A DNA stretch of 64,000 bases, from NCBI GenBank assembly GCA_976226885.1, contig OZ320313.1, positions 66,774,001 to 66,838,000 on the forward strand, in the 5' to 3' direction. Under the pieces are notes generated by a model that saw only the letters and a list, made by a program, of their open reading frames with translations, made no database searches and was not told the origin of the DNA. Positions within the stretch are counted from its first letter, which is position 1. Each line of letters opens with the position of its first letter. Source of the DNA: Iphione sp. A-MEVVRFRX5 (lineage: Eukaryota). Below, piece by piece: positions 35,401 through 48,930 of the stretch. The position numbers and the translations under genes are program-made.

Positions 35401-38400
35401 TTTCAGATTATTTTAATACCAAACTAAACTGAACTTTCTGTGATACAGCAAATAGGCTGCTGATTGAGTGACTGTGATAACTGTAGCGGCAGATATGAGC
35501 AGACACTTGAGTTGCCTGTACCCCAAACAGTAGGAGTAGGCCTTTAGACCGGAAATATAGTTTGATGCTCGACCCTGCTGATCCATTAACTATTTGTCTA
35601 CATTTTAACATTATACTCTTATCTGTGTACACCTTTTTGGTCCTATACACCTAATAAGTAAGTGTTAACCAAGGAAAGCGCTACTTTGTACGAGAACTAG
35701 GGAGATGTGATGGCAACATGCCGGGTTGGGGGTATAGTGTTAGATGCCTAAGATATGAGTTTGTTATAATATATGGTGTTATTATTGTATGCTGATTTGG
35801 TATTAGCAGGTTTGATGTGTTATTTATAGTGCATTTGCTTATTAGTAAACAGGTCTTTGTATGAGATGATTGTGAGGTGAGTTTGTTGCGGTAAAAGATT
35901 ATCATTATGTCAGTTGCTTATGGTACTGGATAATTTTTCCATGACTTTTTTATGGTTTGATGTTGTTATGGTTTGAGTTAATTCCACCTGATTGGCTCCC
36001 TCTCAATTTTGTGCTATCATTTGGTACGGATTTTCCAGTTTATGTGGTCCTAACATCCTTGATCGTCTATTCATTATCGATTTACCTTAAATGTCTGTAC
36101 TTAGTGGTAAATTGCATGAGGAGCAAGCTGTATATATAGGTACATAGCAGGATTCTATATACATGAACATGTATACATGAACATGCTTTGAAATATCTGT
36201 TGGATGGCAATAATACATATAATATAGCGTTCGATTCTGCCAAAGTTATGTAAAATGTTCACGGAAGTGTAGAGAGTGTGCTTTTCAGGGTGACCCGAAC
36301 GTGGATAAGCCTATTCTCTGTAATGTTGATCGTAGCTCTGAGAGATCAAATAACGCAGTGGGCAGGTCAAAGCTGCTCGTATGCGACCGGTGGCTTTCAC
36401 GCAGTTGCGGAGGCATGAGTAATAGTGCTCAGTGTAAGCACATGTATCAACAGCCTTGAAAGTATGGAGCCCTTGAGTGAATGGAATGCTCAGTTTATTA
36501 TATCCAGCGCCTGGGCCAACTGGTCCCCAGCATCTCCAGGCTGAAGCATGGAGAACCTGTGGATGTGATGGATATACGGCAACCTCTTTGAGACCACCAC
36601 CATTATTCAGCTTTAGTCCGCTTTATTTCGCCTGTACAGTGTGCATTACTCTTCAGTTTCGGAACAGTATGCAAACCTTAGTCTCCCGAAGGAATGACTA
36701 AATTCCGTATTCTTTACAATAGTGTCATCCAGCTAATGGAGCACTGTCATTCTGGCCAACAAATCCATTTGAAGAAGTACATTTGAATGTTTTAATTTCA
36801 TAAAGGTTTTGTTTTAATTTCATAACATTTTGCGATCTCCTTGAAACATTGCACGATTCACCTGTTTCTGCATTGTAAGGTTCATATCTCTTGTCCTCTA
36901 CAATAGAAGACCTCTGTCGATTGGTGGGACCAGTATCGATTTCATATTTATTTATAATATGGGCCCATGTTCATGATTGACTGCCTATGGATATCGAGCC
37001 TAACAATGCCCGACACAGATCTTTTCAAGCTTGACTGTTAGGCCTTTCTATCTTGCTGTAATTTACCTTGCATCCCCTGGGATATCTCTGCATGCACAGT
37101 TGGGCAAGGCAATCACGCCTCACAGACTGTTTTAAGGGACACTGACTTCTACCCATGTCAAGTAATAATAGTTTAGCCCGTCCAGGAAATGTTAATTCTG
37201 CTCATGGAGCGTTTTCTATATGCTTCGTATTTGCTGGGTATAGATACGTACACTACTTTATTTAGTACCTTTGTATTGCCTTCTAGGGACATCTACTTCG
37301 TTTGGGTACAGTATACCCATACAATAAGAATATTTATTTCAATGTATTTTACACTAATTATTGCGCTCGACGTTACGACGAGTATTGTGCAAATTATGAA
37401 ATGAAAGTTTCGATGGGAATAAAACAACCTGGATGGATTACAGGTTATATTTGCCGTTTTCATAGATGATTAAACACTGATGATGAATACTCTCCTAGAA
37501 TGTTTGGGATCTAAATATCAATGGTGCGATCGTCCGTTCGTGTTTCAGTAGCTGCAGTCTGTAAGAGAACCTATGTTCCCATGGACAAGAACTTATCTCT
37601 GCACGTCGATTAGATTAGAATCATGGCTCATGCCGTATGTCAGCGCAACAGGAATGTTTCTTTAATGAATCTTGATAAATTTTGTATGCTCTTCCGTTAC
37701 GTATGGGGCCGGGTCGAGCAACGTATTGCACTGTAGTCGCTCAGTTAGGGAGCCTCAGACTGAGGCGTTGGCCACCTAACAGAGGGGCGTATAGACACAG
37801 ATATAGGCAAACAGAATGATAAACACGTGATCTCAACTGACGAGCAGACAAATATGAACACGCAGGAACCAACGTAGTGGGAGAGATTGCGAAAGACGGA
37901 GCGAGGAAGACAGAGAACCGGAATAATGAAGAAGGAAGACAGGCAGAAACCTGACGGATCATCCCATGCCAGTTCTCCACCTATCTACCGTATACTTTAT
38001 TTTTATTTTTTATTAGCAGTATAGTGTCCATTTGGAAGCTTTTATTCGTTTAGGGGTATGTAGATAACTTTTCCTGTTTGTAAGTAACCAAAGAGGGGCA
38101 CCTCGGCAACAGGAGATCAACTCCCAACACGAAGATATCCCTACTAGAGTCGGAAATGAAGGAGTAAATAAAGGTTATCGCATGCGAATAACACCCAGTT
38201 TGTTTGAAGATGTATACTTCATGCAAAAATTGTCCCTGAAAAACACGTCTTTCAAATAAATACTGCAGAATTGCTACCGAATGGTACTTGAAGGTTCCAT
38301 TTTAACATGACACATCCGGTTCAAAGAGAAATTATAGTGATTCATTAGTAGAGTGCGATCTTTGCTCTCAGCTGCCTAATAGTAACCTGAAGGTTGTGTT

Positions 38401-39903
38401 TTCCCTCACTACTAATAGTCCACTGCGGAGAGTAAAAGGGGATTGGTTGGGTTTATGTTCAAGTAGTAGATAAAAACATTGAAATGCTTCACGCTAGAGA
38501 AGATACCATTCAAGGCATAAGAATCATGGTATCAACCAGACCGTTCAGTCATAATATCAAAAAAACTGTCTTCTTCCGGTTGCTAAAACTCCAGCCGGAA
38601 CTTCAATTCCTATGCGTGAACGACTGTACAGCACCAAGCCATAGACATATCTCATTACTCACAATTTGAGTACGTTACTTCGTTAGATGTCCGTAAGGCA
38701 GCTCGAAGGCTTAACACAACAAATACTGTCAATTATATTAAAATGTTGATTTTACCACATTTCCGTACAGTGTCACCAAACAGGTACTAGTCCAGACCCT
38801 CAGCAATCGTTTTGACATGTAATATGCGATATTTGGTGAAGCGAGTTGGACAACTACCTAAAATCATGTTTGACAGGTCCAAATATTCTATGCCACATAA
38901 ACAGCCAGACCCGTTCTTCTTCGAGGTTACTGTGATCTTTAATTCTTATCTATCTAGCAAAAGATGTTACCAACGCCACTTGAAGCATAAGAAAGAAGCC
39001 AATAAATATCCATACTAAGTAGCTTGTACATCACATTCATGGGGCATTTGATATAAGAATGTGTAGCATTAAACTGGAATTATCATTGGATAGAGCCACT
39101 CTGATGCTGCTAGGGGAGTAATGTTTGGTCTTTCAATTTACTCAGCGAAATAAATGGTAATGGTTAGGAACTCTAAGAGAGTCATTTCTCATTTTCGCTG
39201 ACAAATGAGTCTTTTGCGGGAGATCCCGTTGCTTTTAGTTTTAAAGGCAACATGCAATTACGCATGACATCCTGCTGACCTCGAAGTCATTATTATATTC
39301 ATCCATCATCTTTGCCTTCCTCCTAAAATGAATCACAGATCAATGTCTACTATGGCCATTTCGTGATTTATATGAATGGTGTTGAACTGGTTAAATCCTT
39401 CAAGATATAGTATATCCAAGTTGGCGTTCAAGAGGTCATTGTTATTCTCTCATAAATATTTTTTTATTGTTGATGATGCATAATCAGGGATATTTCTGAT
39501 TAATTTACTTCAGCACAGAGAAAACATTTTCGATTTATCTGTGTGATAAACTGCCGGGGATATAATAGGGATATCCATGAAGTATCCATTTGCGATCCAT
39601 GTGAAAGGAAAGCTCTCAGTGTAAGAGCAATACGAACAAGTGAACATGGCTACCCAATTAAGCACGAACTGTTCTATCAGGATCGTGTAGTCTCCTGCCC
39701 CCGCCCCACCCAAAGGAAGCATAAAGTTGAAAACGAGTACTATGTTGATATAGATATATGCATGTACATTCCATTGCATTTCCGAACCGTGTAATTCCTC
39801 TAAGCGAATATACTGCCAAGATAACCGCGTTTCCCTTCCGCGAGTTGCAGTGATGGTTGTTTATCGGATGGCTGACCTGATTTTCCATTTTCTTTGATGA
39901 CAG

Positions 39904-40062
39904 CCCAAAAAAGAGGAGGAGGAGTTCCTACGAGCCGTCGAAGTGGGCGACATCCCGACGGTCCGGAAACTACTCTCCAGGGAGACTGACCTGGACGTCA
40001 ACTGTACTGACATCCTCGGCCGAACACCGCTCCGGCTTGCCGTGGAGAATGAACACCTGGAT
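39904..40062 (+). CDS. TRPC: TRPC exon: ankyrin repeat region (PKKEEEEFLRAVEVGDIPTV...VNCTDILGRTPLRLAVENEHLD)
   Basis: Canonical TRPC N-terminal ankyrin sequence; TTTTCTTTGATGACAG| and |GTGAGT; 159 nt, phase 0/0. Confidence 0.95.
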
Positions 40063-41863
40063 GTGAGTATCGATCCCAGAGATTTTACATTGGTGCTCTC
40101 TTGTGTGTATGCAGCCGTCCACACCATTAACCGCGCTACATCCCCAACGGAGCTAGCAGGCGCACACACGCATGTATGTATGTAAAAATAGTCATTAATA
40201 ATAATCATGCTCTCTGACGGATCCAAACACACAGGTACAGACGCCTGGCCTATAAACATAATCAGCTATGGGCGGCGAAGCAGTTTACCTGTCTTTATCG
40301 GGTTGACGTAAGGCTTTTGGGGTGTAGAAGGGAAACCCATACCTGTCAACGAACTTTGAAAGTTATTGTCACCCTTGGGGTGTCGAGTAACGCTATTTAA
40401 AGGTATACCAGTGTAGTTATTACAGTGCCCTAGGTATGCTCTTGAAGCCTTGGATATTTGTAGATGAGTTTTATGAATCAACATTTGCTAGAGTAAACAT
40501 TTCAGAGGAAGTCCACCCTTGCGCATAATGCCACGGGGAGGGGGACTGGTGGAAATGAAACTGTAGGTTTCTCAAGAAAATCAAGCTGTCTTTTTCCACA
40601 GTAAGACGTATGTAGGCATATGTAGATCGATGGGAGCCGGTGTCGCCTCTTGGGCCGGGTCTTTCTAGTGTGGAACATGTTTACTTGACGAATTGGCCTC
40701 GAGGGATGTGCTAGTTAAGGGAGTTGAGTAGGTGTTACTCGCTTATATAGATATAGTTACAAGAACCATGATTGCAATGCATATACAGTGTTGCCTGCCT
40801 GAAGGCAACAAACGAAGAAATATGAAATATACTTACACATGTTAATTGAGATATCCCAAGTTAATCTTCAAGGAAATAGCACAGTGCAGCCACGTTTGTA
40901 CATTTATACATATACTGAAATTGAAATTGAAGTTGTTTATTTACACTTCTTCAGTACAGGGTGAGTTGTACAAGTGAAATCGTTCTATACTTAACGGAAT
41001 AAAGAGCAAACTATAACAGTAATGTAGTAATCGTTCTATGTAAAGTCTATTTCTACATTCCTGTTCCTGACAATTCATGACTTATAATCGTTTACTTGCT
41101 TATACCCATTTGATACCAACATATTTTATCAGTGCGATTACCTAGCTAGGTCCATCAAACATGCTGTGCGACGACCCAGAGTGTAATAACGTAATGTTCA
41201 AGGGCTTGTAAGACGAGAGAAAACGCACGTTCCGGACAGTCTAGATTTCGTTGGTATGGCCCGGAACCAAGAAAAATAATCTTTGAGCTACAATAGTCAA
41301 CCCTAAGAGGGCAAATGATGTCTCCAGGCATTCCCATGTAGAAGCCTAATAATGCTGTCTTATATTACATTGTGAAGACCGAACACTGCCCGAAGGCATC
41401 ATCGATCACCGAGACTTTAAAAAGAATTTGGTCTCTCATATACGATTATTAATCAAAGAAACGAATGAAGCCCCCACAAGAATAATTTTCCTCTTTCTTA
41501 ACGACAGAAAATCACAAGCGTATATGTTGATTAGGTAACATTTTACACATCTTTAATTCTGGTTTTCAGAAAAAACAATTTCGCGAGCGATTTACAAGAC
41601 ATATTTTAAGGCTGCATTCATTACCGTCTAGGAATATTTAAGCACACATTTTAGGTTCATATCAGGATATTCATAACAATAGCAATATGCATAACAGAGC
41701 CGAATATCTATCAATGTTGTCTGTTGTGGTGTGGATTACAATTTCAACGGGAGATGGTAAACGTTTCTATGAACAGCATCCATATGGAGGCAAATTTATA
41801 TTGCTTACATTGTTGTGATTCAGCTCATGGTGTTTGATCTTAATCATAAAACGTCAGGTGATA

Positions 41864-43182
41864 GGGGAAGGATGGGTAATTTGGACCCGCTAAGAAAAAT
41901 ATGCTCTAAAAGTAATATGTCTAAGCCACTGCTCAAATACCTTGCCTATTTTGAAGCAACAGGGCCATTTTAACAAACTGGGGGACATTTAGTTGGATCA
42001 GTCTTTGAGTAAAATGCAATTGAACATTTTTTATGACTATTACAATTTACCCAACAGGGAGGATAAATTAGACCAGGTGCAATAGTCATCTCAGTCAGGT
42101 GTAAAATGAAACTAGGTCCTAGAAATGTAAGTCCCATGAACAACAGCATGGCTTTGAAAGGTTTTGGACACTATTGGTTGTGATGCCAATGGACTTTGCA
42201 ACTTCTTCCATTTAAATATGTACAACAGAATAGGACCTGCATTTCTGGGGTATTACATTTCTTTCATACCTGTTGCTGCAACTTTATAAAATGTGTGCAC
42301 ATGTAAATTTAAAATGTTTCACCAAGAATTTTAAAACACAAAAGATTCATTTGGCAAGATAACCTCTCAGGCATAAAAAGCTCCTTGCACAAGTGACAGG
42401 AGCGTTGTTGATGACCTTCTTGAACACCTGGGCAAATTACCACACATCTACACCAGTTGTCTTGTCATTAAAAGTCCTAAATGTGTTTAAAACCAAAAGG
42501 AAATAAATAAAACTAACAAATATTTTTCTATTTATTTTAAAAAATTATGCCCTTCATTTCAATAAAAAAATGCTTACAGTAGAAGAGGGTACATCATGGA
42601 GTTCTACTAATTGCATTACATTTACTGTCTTAGTTCAAAATAGATTGGCTTCATATGATAGCTCCATCTTGAGACTAGATATGGGTATGACAAGGTTTCT
42701 CCAAAGTCTGCTTAACAGGTAAAAGAAAAGGTAATGGTTATGTAGATAGATTAGACTGATTCAGGTAGCTTGACCTGTGGTCCAATACACCCTCCCTATA
42801 GTGGTCCAATTTACCCACACAACAATCTCCATGAAAAATGCCTTCCACTCATTTTTGTGTAGATGACAGAGACTAAACTTGGTATTAGTAATGCTTCTGA
42901 GTGAGACACTATTGATATGAAGTTATGATAGGGCTTTATGTACTTTCACCTCACAACTACATTGCCAAATATAATTGGTAAAATTAGATCAGTGAGACGT
43001 AAAACTAATAATGTTTCTCAGCTTGGCACATGTTCTTTTGAAGCCACCATATTTTAGTTGTGAGACATTGTGTATTTGTATCACTTATTATTAGATGGTA
43101 CTCATATTCCTTCCTTGCCTGAAAATCAGAGATCTTGATGTGGTCCAATTTACCCACTGGTCCAAATTACCCACCTTTCCCC
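41864..43182. mobile_element. 1.3-kb non-autonomous Tc1/mariner/pogo-type element
   Basis: 24-bp TIRs GGGGAAGGATGGGTAATTTGGACC / GGGGAAAGGTGGGTAATTTGGACC (22/24), TA on both flanks, internal GGTCCAATTTACCC repeats. Confidence 0.85.
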
Positions 43183-43739
43183 TATTTTCAGTGAAACCTT
43201 CTCATGAGTTAACTGTACAGGAATTCACTAAATTGTTGTAAGACCAGCCTAGTAGTGAATGCGGTACACAATCAATCTATTTCCATCAAGGACACCCTTT
43301 TTATAGCAGACCTGCTTTCCGTGATGGAGTATTTCGTCGTTAGGCCCGTTAAGTCACAGGTGCTAGCCGAATGTGTTAATTGATTATTCATAAATGTGTC
43401 CTCAAGCTGTTGATTGCGTGTAGTTCGTCCAATACCAAACAGGATGACGGGCGGTATGATGGCTTTGCGTCTTTATGTATCTTCACCATCAACCGAAAAC
43501 ATTCAGCCTTCTGGATTATTTTATTAGTACACGCAAACGTGCTCTTTTCTATTGCTCTGATTAAATAGAGGGAAAACTTTGGCGTCCTGGGCAACGACAG
43601 ACTCAATATAAATTCTTCATTTGAGTCTAACATTCACATTAAATCGTCCGTCCTGTGTTTCCACACAACACTTTAATGAGACGAAGACCATATATTTGCA
43701 AAACCTGTATAACCTTCCTGGATAACAACGCTATATTAT

Positions 43740-44560
43740 ATCCAAATGCAAGTAAATCGTCTGGCTAGGTATAGAAACCGGTATCTGATGGGGGTCAATG
43801 CGCACGATGAGCGATGACTCCGTAAGAAAAAAACGTCCTCCATACCCCTTAACTGCCGATATACCTTAGAGCCCACTGACATATTGCCTCTATCTGAGCA
43901 GTAGAGAACAGTGTGCTCATCTCGATGACCCTCTTGGGCACAGCAAATAAAATCAAGCCAAATGTGCCCCGTGAAAGCGATCGGCATTAGTAGGGTGCGC
44001 CTCGCTCTCTAAAAGCACCAAAATAGATGTGATCTTCAAGGAGGTGTGACTGGGGGACAATGTAGCCAGTTGGGAGACCTTTTACCGAGGCCATCGGGCT
44101 GGCTAATATTGTGCGTGAGTTGGTATGCATAAGCAGTTGCATAAGCGTGTGTTCACCTGTTGGAAAGCATTTCTCCATGGGTGCATGCCATTTGCATAAG
44201 TAACACGTCAGCTCGCACCAGGGGCCTATTTTGGGATTGGCTACCAGCTTCCTAGGGACCAAAGCAGGAAAATGTGTGGGTTGCAAGTAGGGGCGGCTGG
44301 GGTTCCGCTGGTTGCTTGGTCCAGGCTGGAGCGGTGGCGATAGAGGTAGGGGTGGGTGAGCTGGTTGGGGACATGTCGGGGTGTTGGCAGCGACGTGGCG
44401 GTTGAGTAGCGCCTGGCGCTGATCGATAGAAACCGGAGCTTTGCACGGACGCACTGCCTCAGCGTAACGAGCCCAGGGAGTAGTGGTGATTGCCAGTGTC
44501 CTGACTCCTGCCGAGCGCCGGTAGCGAATGACAGGCTCATCTCCATGCCTCTCAGATATT
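43740..44560 (-). mobile_element. Decayed DIRS/Ngaro-like fragment (gag zinc-finger end and RT start)
   Basis: WCELTCYLCKWHAPMEKC (Cys/His cluster), then PTGEHTLMQLLMH...VKGLPTGY and LFAVPK, resembling the start of DIRS RT ORFs. Confidence 0.45.
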
Positions 44561-45479
44561 ACTTATTTCCTTTGACCTGATCCTATCTGTAACGGTCCTT
44601 CGTGAGGGAATTTGCTCCGAGTCATTATGAATTGAGCGCGGATCTATCTTTCTTTCACGCCAATAAAAGTCTATAGCCCGCTGTAATCAGGTGATTACTA
44701 CATATACTTGTGTGGAATTATTGCTCAAATATACGTTCCCGGAACACACAAGGAAACCCAACAGGATGCCTTCGTGTGGGAGGAATATGTTGTGAATTAA
44801 CGAACTGTCGATTCAAATTCAACGTTCAGGGTATTGCACATGTGGTGCACAAGCCTGAAATCGGTTCAATAAAGTCAATAATGGAACTTTACATTATTTC
44901 AAGGAATGTTTCCATTGTCTGGGGATCGATTCTATTATCGGGCAGACATGTAGGAATCGATCTGACAATCCTTGTAGAGGGGAAACATCACGCACTATTA
45001 GAATCGCACGGGAAAAAACGGTCAAATTGGCTTTGAAGTTTGACCTTCCTATTAGATGGAAGAGCCAAAACGGAGCTCTAATTAGCCACTCTAGACACGC
45101 CAACGTCTTGAATGAGGTTAATCCTACACCTGTTGCGTCCTCTTTCTACCTGGCCATTTTTACCAGGATTCTGGGGAACATTTCATGGCTCTCTGTTATA
45201 TGATCTTGACTTGACCTTGTCGATCTTGCAGAGCACTGACCTGTATTTTACTAATTATTACTCATGAACAATGCTATGATAATAACGCGTAAAGAAACAA
45301 ACAAACGTAAAATTGCATGGCGTGAACAATCTTTTTATGTCTGAACATCAGATAATATACCTCTTGAGGTTGATATAAGGTATTCTTGTACAATTGTCTC
45401 TAGAGACAGGAATATATATGATGACACAGTAGAACATTGGTAATACACCCAACAATGTTTTCTCTTAAGAACACATACA

Positions 45480-46340
45480 TCATGCCATTGAGCCAAGGGC
45501 TAGGTATGCCAAGGATACAAGAGACTTGATTTTACTTGCTGCTTTCTTACTCGAAATAGATGCACTTGTGTATACAAGGGAGGAAGGGAGTGCCTTCCAT
45601 GTTCCCTGAGACATGATCTGCATATCTAATGCGTCTGCCTCCTGAAGTGCTTGTGCTCCTCCCCTCCTGAAGCTATGCAAATGCTTGTGGAGACTCACCT
45701 AAATGGTAAACAGTGCACCTAAAAGGACCTTCATGAGTCCTGCTGGTGGAAAAGGGGCTTTATGAACTGGGTCGATAAACAAGGACTGAAGCTTATCCAT
45801 GGTGGGGATGATTTGATACATATGCTGTAATAGGGTTACAGCACAGATATCGTCATTAAGGAGAGGGAGGTGGATGATTCTGGAATTGGACTACTTAATA
45901 GTATTAGACCATTTTAGGATGAGAAAGGCTCCTGAGGAAGTGAACGTCAGGTCACCCCTCGTGATTTGCTTGAAGGGGTCGAATGCTGCTAGGGATTTGG
46001 AGCAGACATTGCCTAACTAGTGAGAAGAAAAGGAAGGAGAAGAGGGCCTTCAGACATATACCCAAGAGACCAAGTTGATTGCAGTAGGCTACATTTTTTG
46101 TAATGATGGGATTGTAACTGGGGTTTTTGGAGAGGGGAGATGAGGTGAAGTCAGCCTGATGGCTTTCAGAGTGATACCGACCTTGGGAGTATTAATGGCA
46201 GATAGGTTGAAATTGCATTGGAATATAATGAATTTTAGGGAGGATATGTACTGGGAGATAACCTGATGTTTTTAGGCTTACTTTACCAGATATTCAATGT
46301 AAACAGGGACATAGGAAATGTCAAGATGCTTGATGTCCAT
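45480..46340 (-). pseudogene. Tyrosine recombinase of the Ngaro element
   Basis: YISSLK...ITLKAIR...KTPVTIPSL, AFDPFKQITRGDLTF...LKWS, and catalytic HSFRRGGA...QGTWK...VY; stops and frameshifts. Confidence 0.88.
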
Positions 46341-46615
46341 TGATAATTACCCTCCCTCTTTTAAAACGGCTGCCGGAAGTCGGCTGGAAGTAGATCCGTC
46401 AAGCAGTTCCTTCCTATCTCTTGAGAAAATAACTTATTTTTGTATCTATGCCGTTCACAGAACTATCTTTCAAAGAAACTTGCTGTATAAGACTATTAAA
46501 CAGTACTAGAAGGCAGCAATAAGAAAAATATTTGGAGAAAGCTGGACTATTTTTTCAGTTGGTGTAGTGATGTTATCCATCTGGGTCAGCATGACCTGAT
46601 TGTGTGAGGGGTCTG

Positions 46616-46763
46616 NNNNNNNNNNNNNNNNNNNNNNNNNNNNNNNNNNNNNNNNNNNNNNNNNNNNNNNNNNNNNNNNNNNNNNNNNNNNNNNNNNNNN
46701 NNNNNNNNNNNNNNNNNNNNNNNNNNNNNNNNNNNNNNNNNNNNNNNNNNNNNNNNNNNNNNN
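46616..46763. other. Assembly gap (148 N)
   Basis: Directly visible. Confidence 1.
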
Positions 46764-46853
46764 GCAAGCGCCGAAGGCGCTTGTGATGCATAAAGGAGGG
46801 CTGCTTGCTGCATCCTTCTGGTGTTTGTCCTAGGCGGAACTGACTGAAACTGC

Positions 46854-47720
46854 CTATGATGAAATAAGTGATACTAATGATGATGGGATGGATAACCTCT
46901 TCAATTTAGGATTATTGATGAGGAAATATTTGACTCTGACTCTGTACTTTGGGGCAGAAGGAAGCCTAGATAGGGCATCAGCCATAATCATTTTTTCTCC
47001 AGGCATGTGGGAGAAGAGTAGTGAAACATCAAACCTGGCCACCCTGTACCATACAGCTCTAAGTACCCTGGATAGGAAATATTCCTTGGACTTACCTGTA
47101 CTTAGAACAGAAATAGTGGCACATATTAGTTCTAACCTGGTGTTTTGTTTGGAGGGCCCAACGAAAAGGTGGACTGCAACAGCTGTATTGACAGCCTCCA
47201 AATGGGAAATTGACAGATCGCTGCATGACAGGACGACATGTTTTACAGTCATCTGTCAATCAAACTGTTCCAAAGCCAATGACATTATGCTATTTTGTCA
47301 CATGACTCATGTAACTAATCTGTGCAGATGACATTCAAGCTACACTGTTGCTCATGCATGACCGTATTAGAATATGACTGTCACATGTCATTATGTGGAC
47401 ATGTATATGTATAGATATTATATCTGTTGAGAACATGCTGAGGCATCTATATTTATTTTAAAAATATATGAGAAAGTACAGTAGACTGATGCTGTGACTA
47501 GAAACCATTTTATTTTAATTCTAAACTTTGTGCATGACTGTAGTCAAAGTATGACTGTCATATTGTGATGGGTGGGCATGGCTATGTGACAGTACAGTGA
47601 TGTGTCAATTGCTGGGAAAGAGGAGGGAGCAAGTATTGTGTAAAATAAAATTCTGAATTATAGGCCCCCATGCCTATGAGGCAAGCATCACAGTAGATAA
47701 CATCAGAGATTACGGGAGGA
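46854..47720 (-). pseudogene. DIRS-type RNase H, split by a MITE insertion
   Basis: IYCDACLIGMGAY...PPLSQQ [insertion] SISHLEAVNTAVAV...SHMPGEKMIMADALSR. Confidence 0.88.
47208..47610. mobile_element. 403-bp MITE inserted in the Ngaro RNase H
   Basis: Ends AATTGACAGATCGCTG and (reverse complement) AATTGACACATCACTG, 14/16 match; internal ATGACTGTCA repeats; RNase H peptide resumes across it. Confidence 0.75.
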
Positions 47721-47723
47721 GGG

Positions 47724-48930
47724 ATGAGCTTGACACCGTTGAAGTGGGGGAGATATAGCAGGAACCACCTTAGGTCCCTTTTGACAGTGTCAGTTAGAGT
47801 AACAACGTTGGTTGTAGAAGAGGCTCAAGCTCTTATCTCATTTAGGAGGGAGTTAAGGAAATACCTGGCTGGGGGGGAGCATTTAATGATGTGGTTGATA
47901 AGACCGATAATGCTCTGGGCCTGCTTAAGAGGGATAGTGGAAAGGGAAATAATAGAGGTAATGGAATCGATAAGATTGTTGATTTTTTGAATCGCTATGG
48001 ACATGATTCGAGATTGAGTATCAAAGGTGACTCCCAGCCAGGTTAGATTATGAGTAGGGGCTACACATTTGTCATTGGCCAACTGTAGACCAAGATTAGA
48101 TAAAGGGATCTGGGCATGGCAATAGGCCTGGATGATCTCCTCGTTAGAGGAGGAAATGAAAACATAGTTGTCCAAATAAGCAAATGATGTGACCTGAGGA
48201 AAATGATGTGAGATGTGAATGACTATAAAAATGGATAGTTCTTGAAGTAGGAGGGAAGAATATCTGGTTCCAAAAGACAGGGAGAGGTCTAGATAAAATT
48301 GATCGCGGAATTTAAATGGTAAGAGGTGCCAATCCATAGGATCCACCGGGAAATTTGTATAGACACATATTAAGTCAAGGGAAGCTAGAAACAGAGGAGA
48401 GGTTGAATGAGAGATAGTTCTTGCTAAATCAAGGAGGGGATGGGAGCTGAACCTTTAGTGAGGTGGTGAGGTAGTTCTTTCTGGGGATACCATTACTAAT
48501 ACCTGAATGGGAAAGCTTAAAGATGACTCTTCTGTCTTTTGAGTCTTTCTTGGCTCTGGTTATGATAGGATTGATGATGTTTGAGGGAATGAATGGGTGG
48601 GAAGCAAAGGGTCCCTGTATGGCACTGACTGCTAACTCAATGCAAATGTATTTGTTTATGTGGGTATCATCCTGGGGGTCAGTAGGGTAGGGTGGTGGTG
48701 AAGGTGGGATTTTGTGGGCAGTATAACCTAGGGAAACTGTACATTAGGAAGTCCAGTAGGATCCTTCCTTTATAGGAGAGGGGAGACAGGAAATGAAACC
48801 TATTAGTAACGTTAAACTGGGATGGTAACTGTAACCTAGCCTCCATGAAGGTAGGTAAGCCTGTTTGCTTAACGGATGTATCCACAGATGTCATAGGGAA
48901 ATGTAGAGGAGGATTGGCAAGTGACATAAA
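47724..48930 (-). pseudogene. DIRS/Ngaro reverse transcriptase
   Basis: TGLPTFMEARLQLPSQFN, QGPF...NPIITRAKKDSKDRRVI, DPMDWHLL...YLDLSLSFGTR, YLDN (YLDD-like), LGLQLANDKCVAPT..LTWLGVTFDT, DLRWFLLYLPHFNGV. Confidence 0.9.

Noticed and set aside
37739-37764. tRNA-Phe-like 5' half (GCTCAGTTAGGGAGCCTCAGACTGAG)
   Set aside because: No B-box or T-arm and no acceptor stem; at most a decayed SINE head.
44588-44702. Solo LTR (TGTAAC...AATAAA...TACA)
   Set aside because: Only 115 bp, flanks do not form an exact TSD, and there is no second copy in the window.
46573-46833. ORFs spanning the N gap
   Set aside because: Artefacts of translating Ns.
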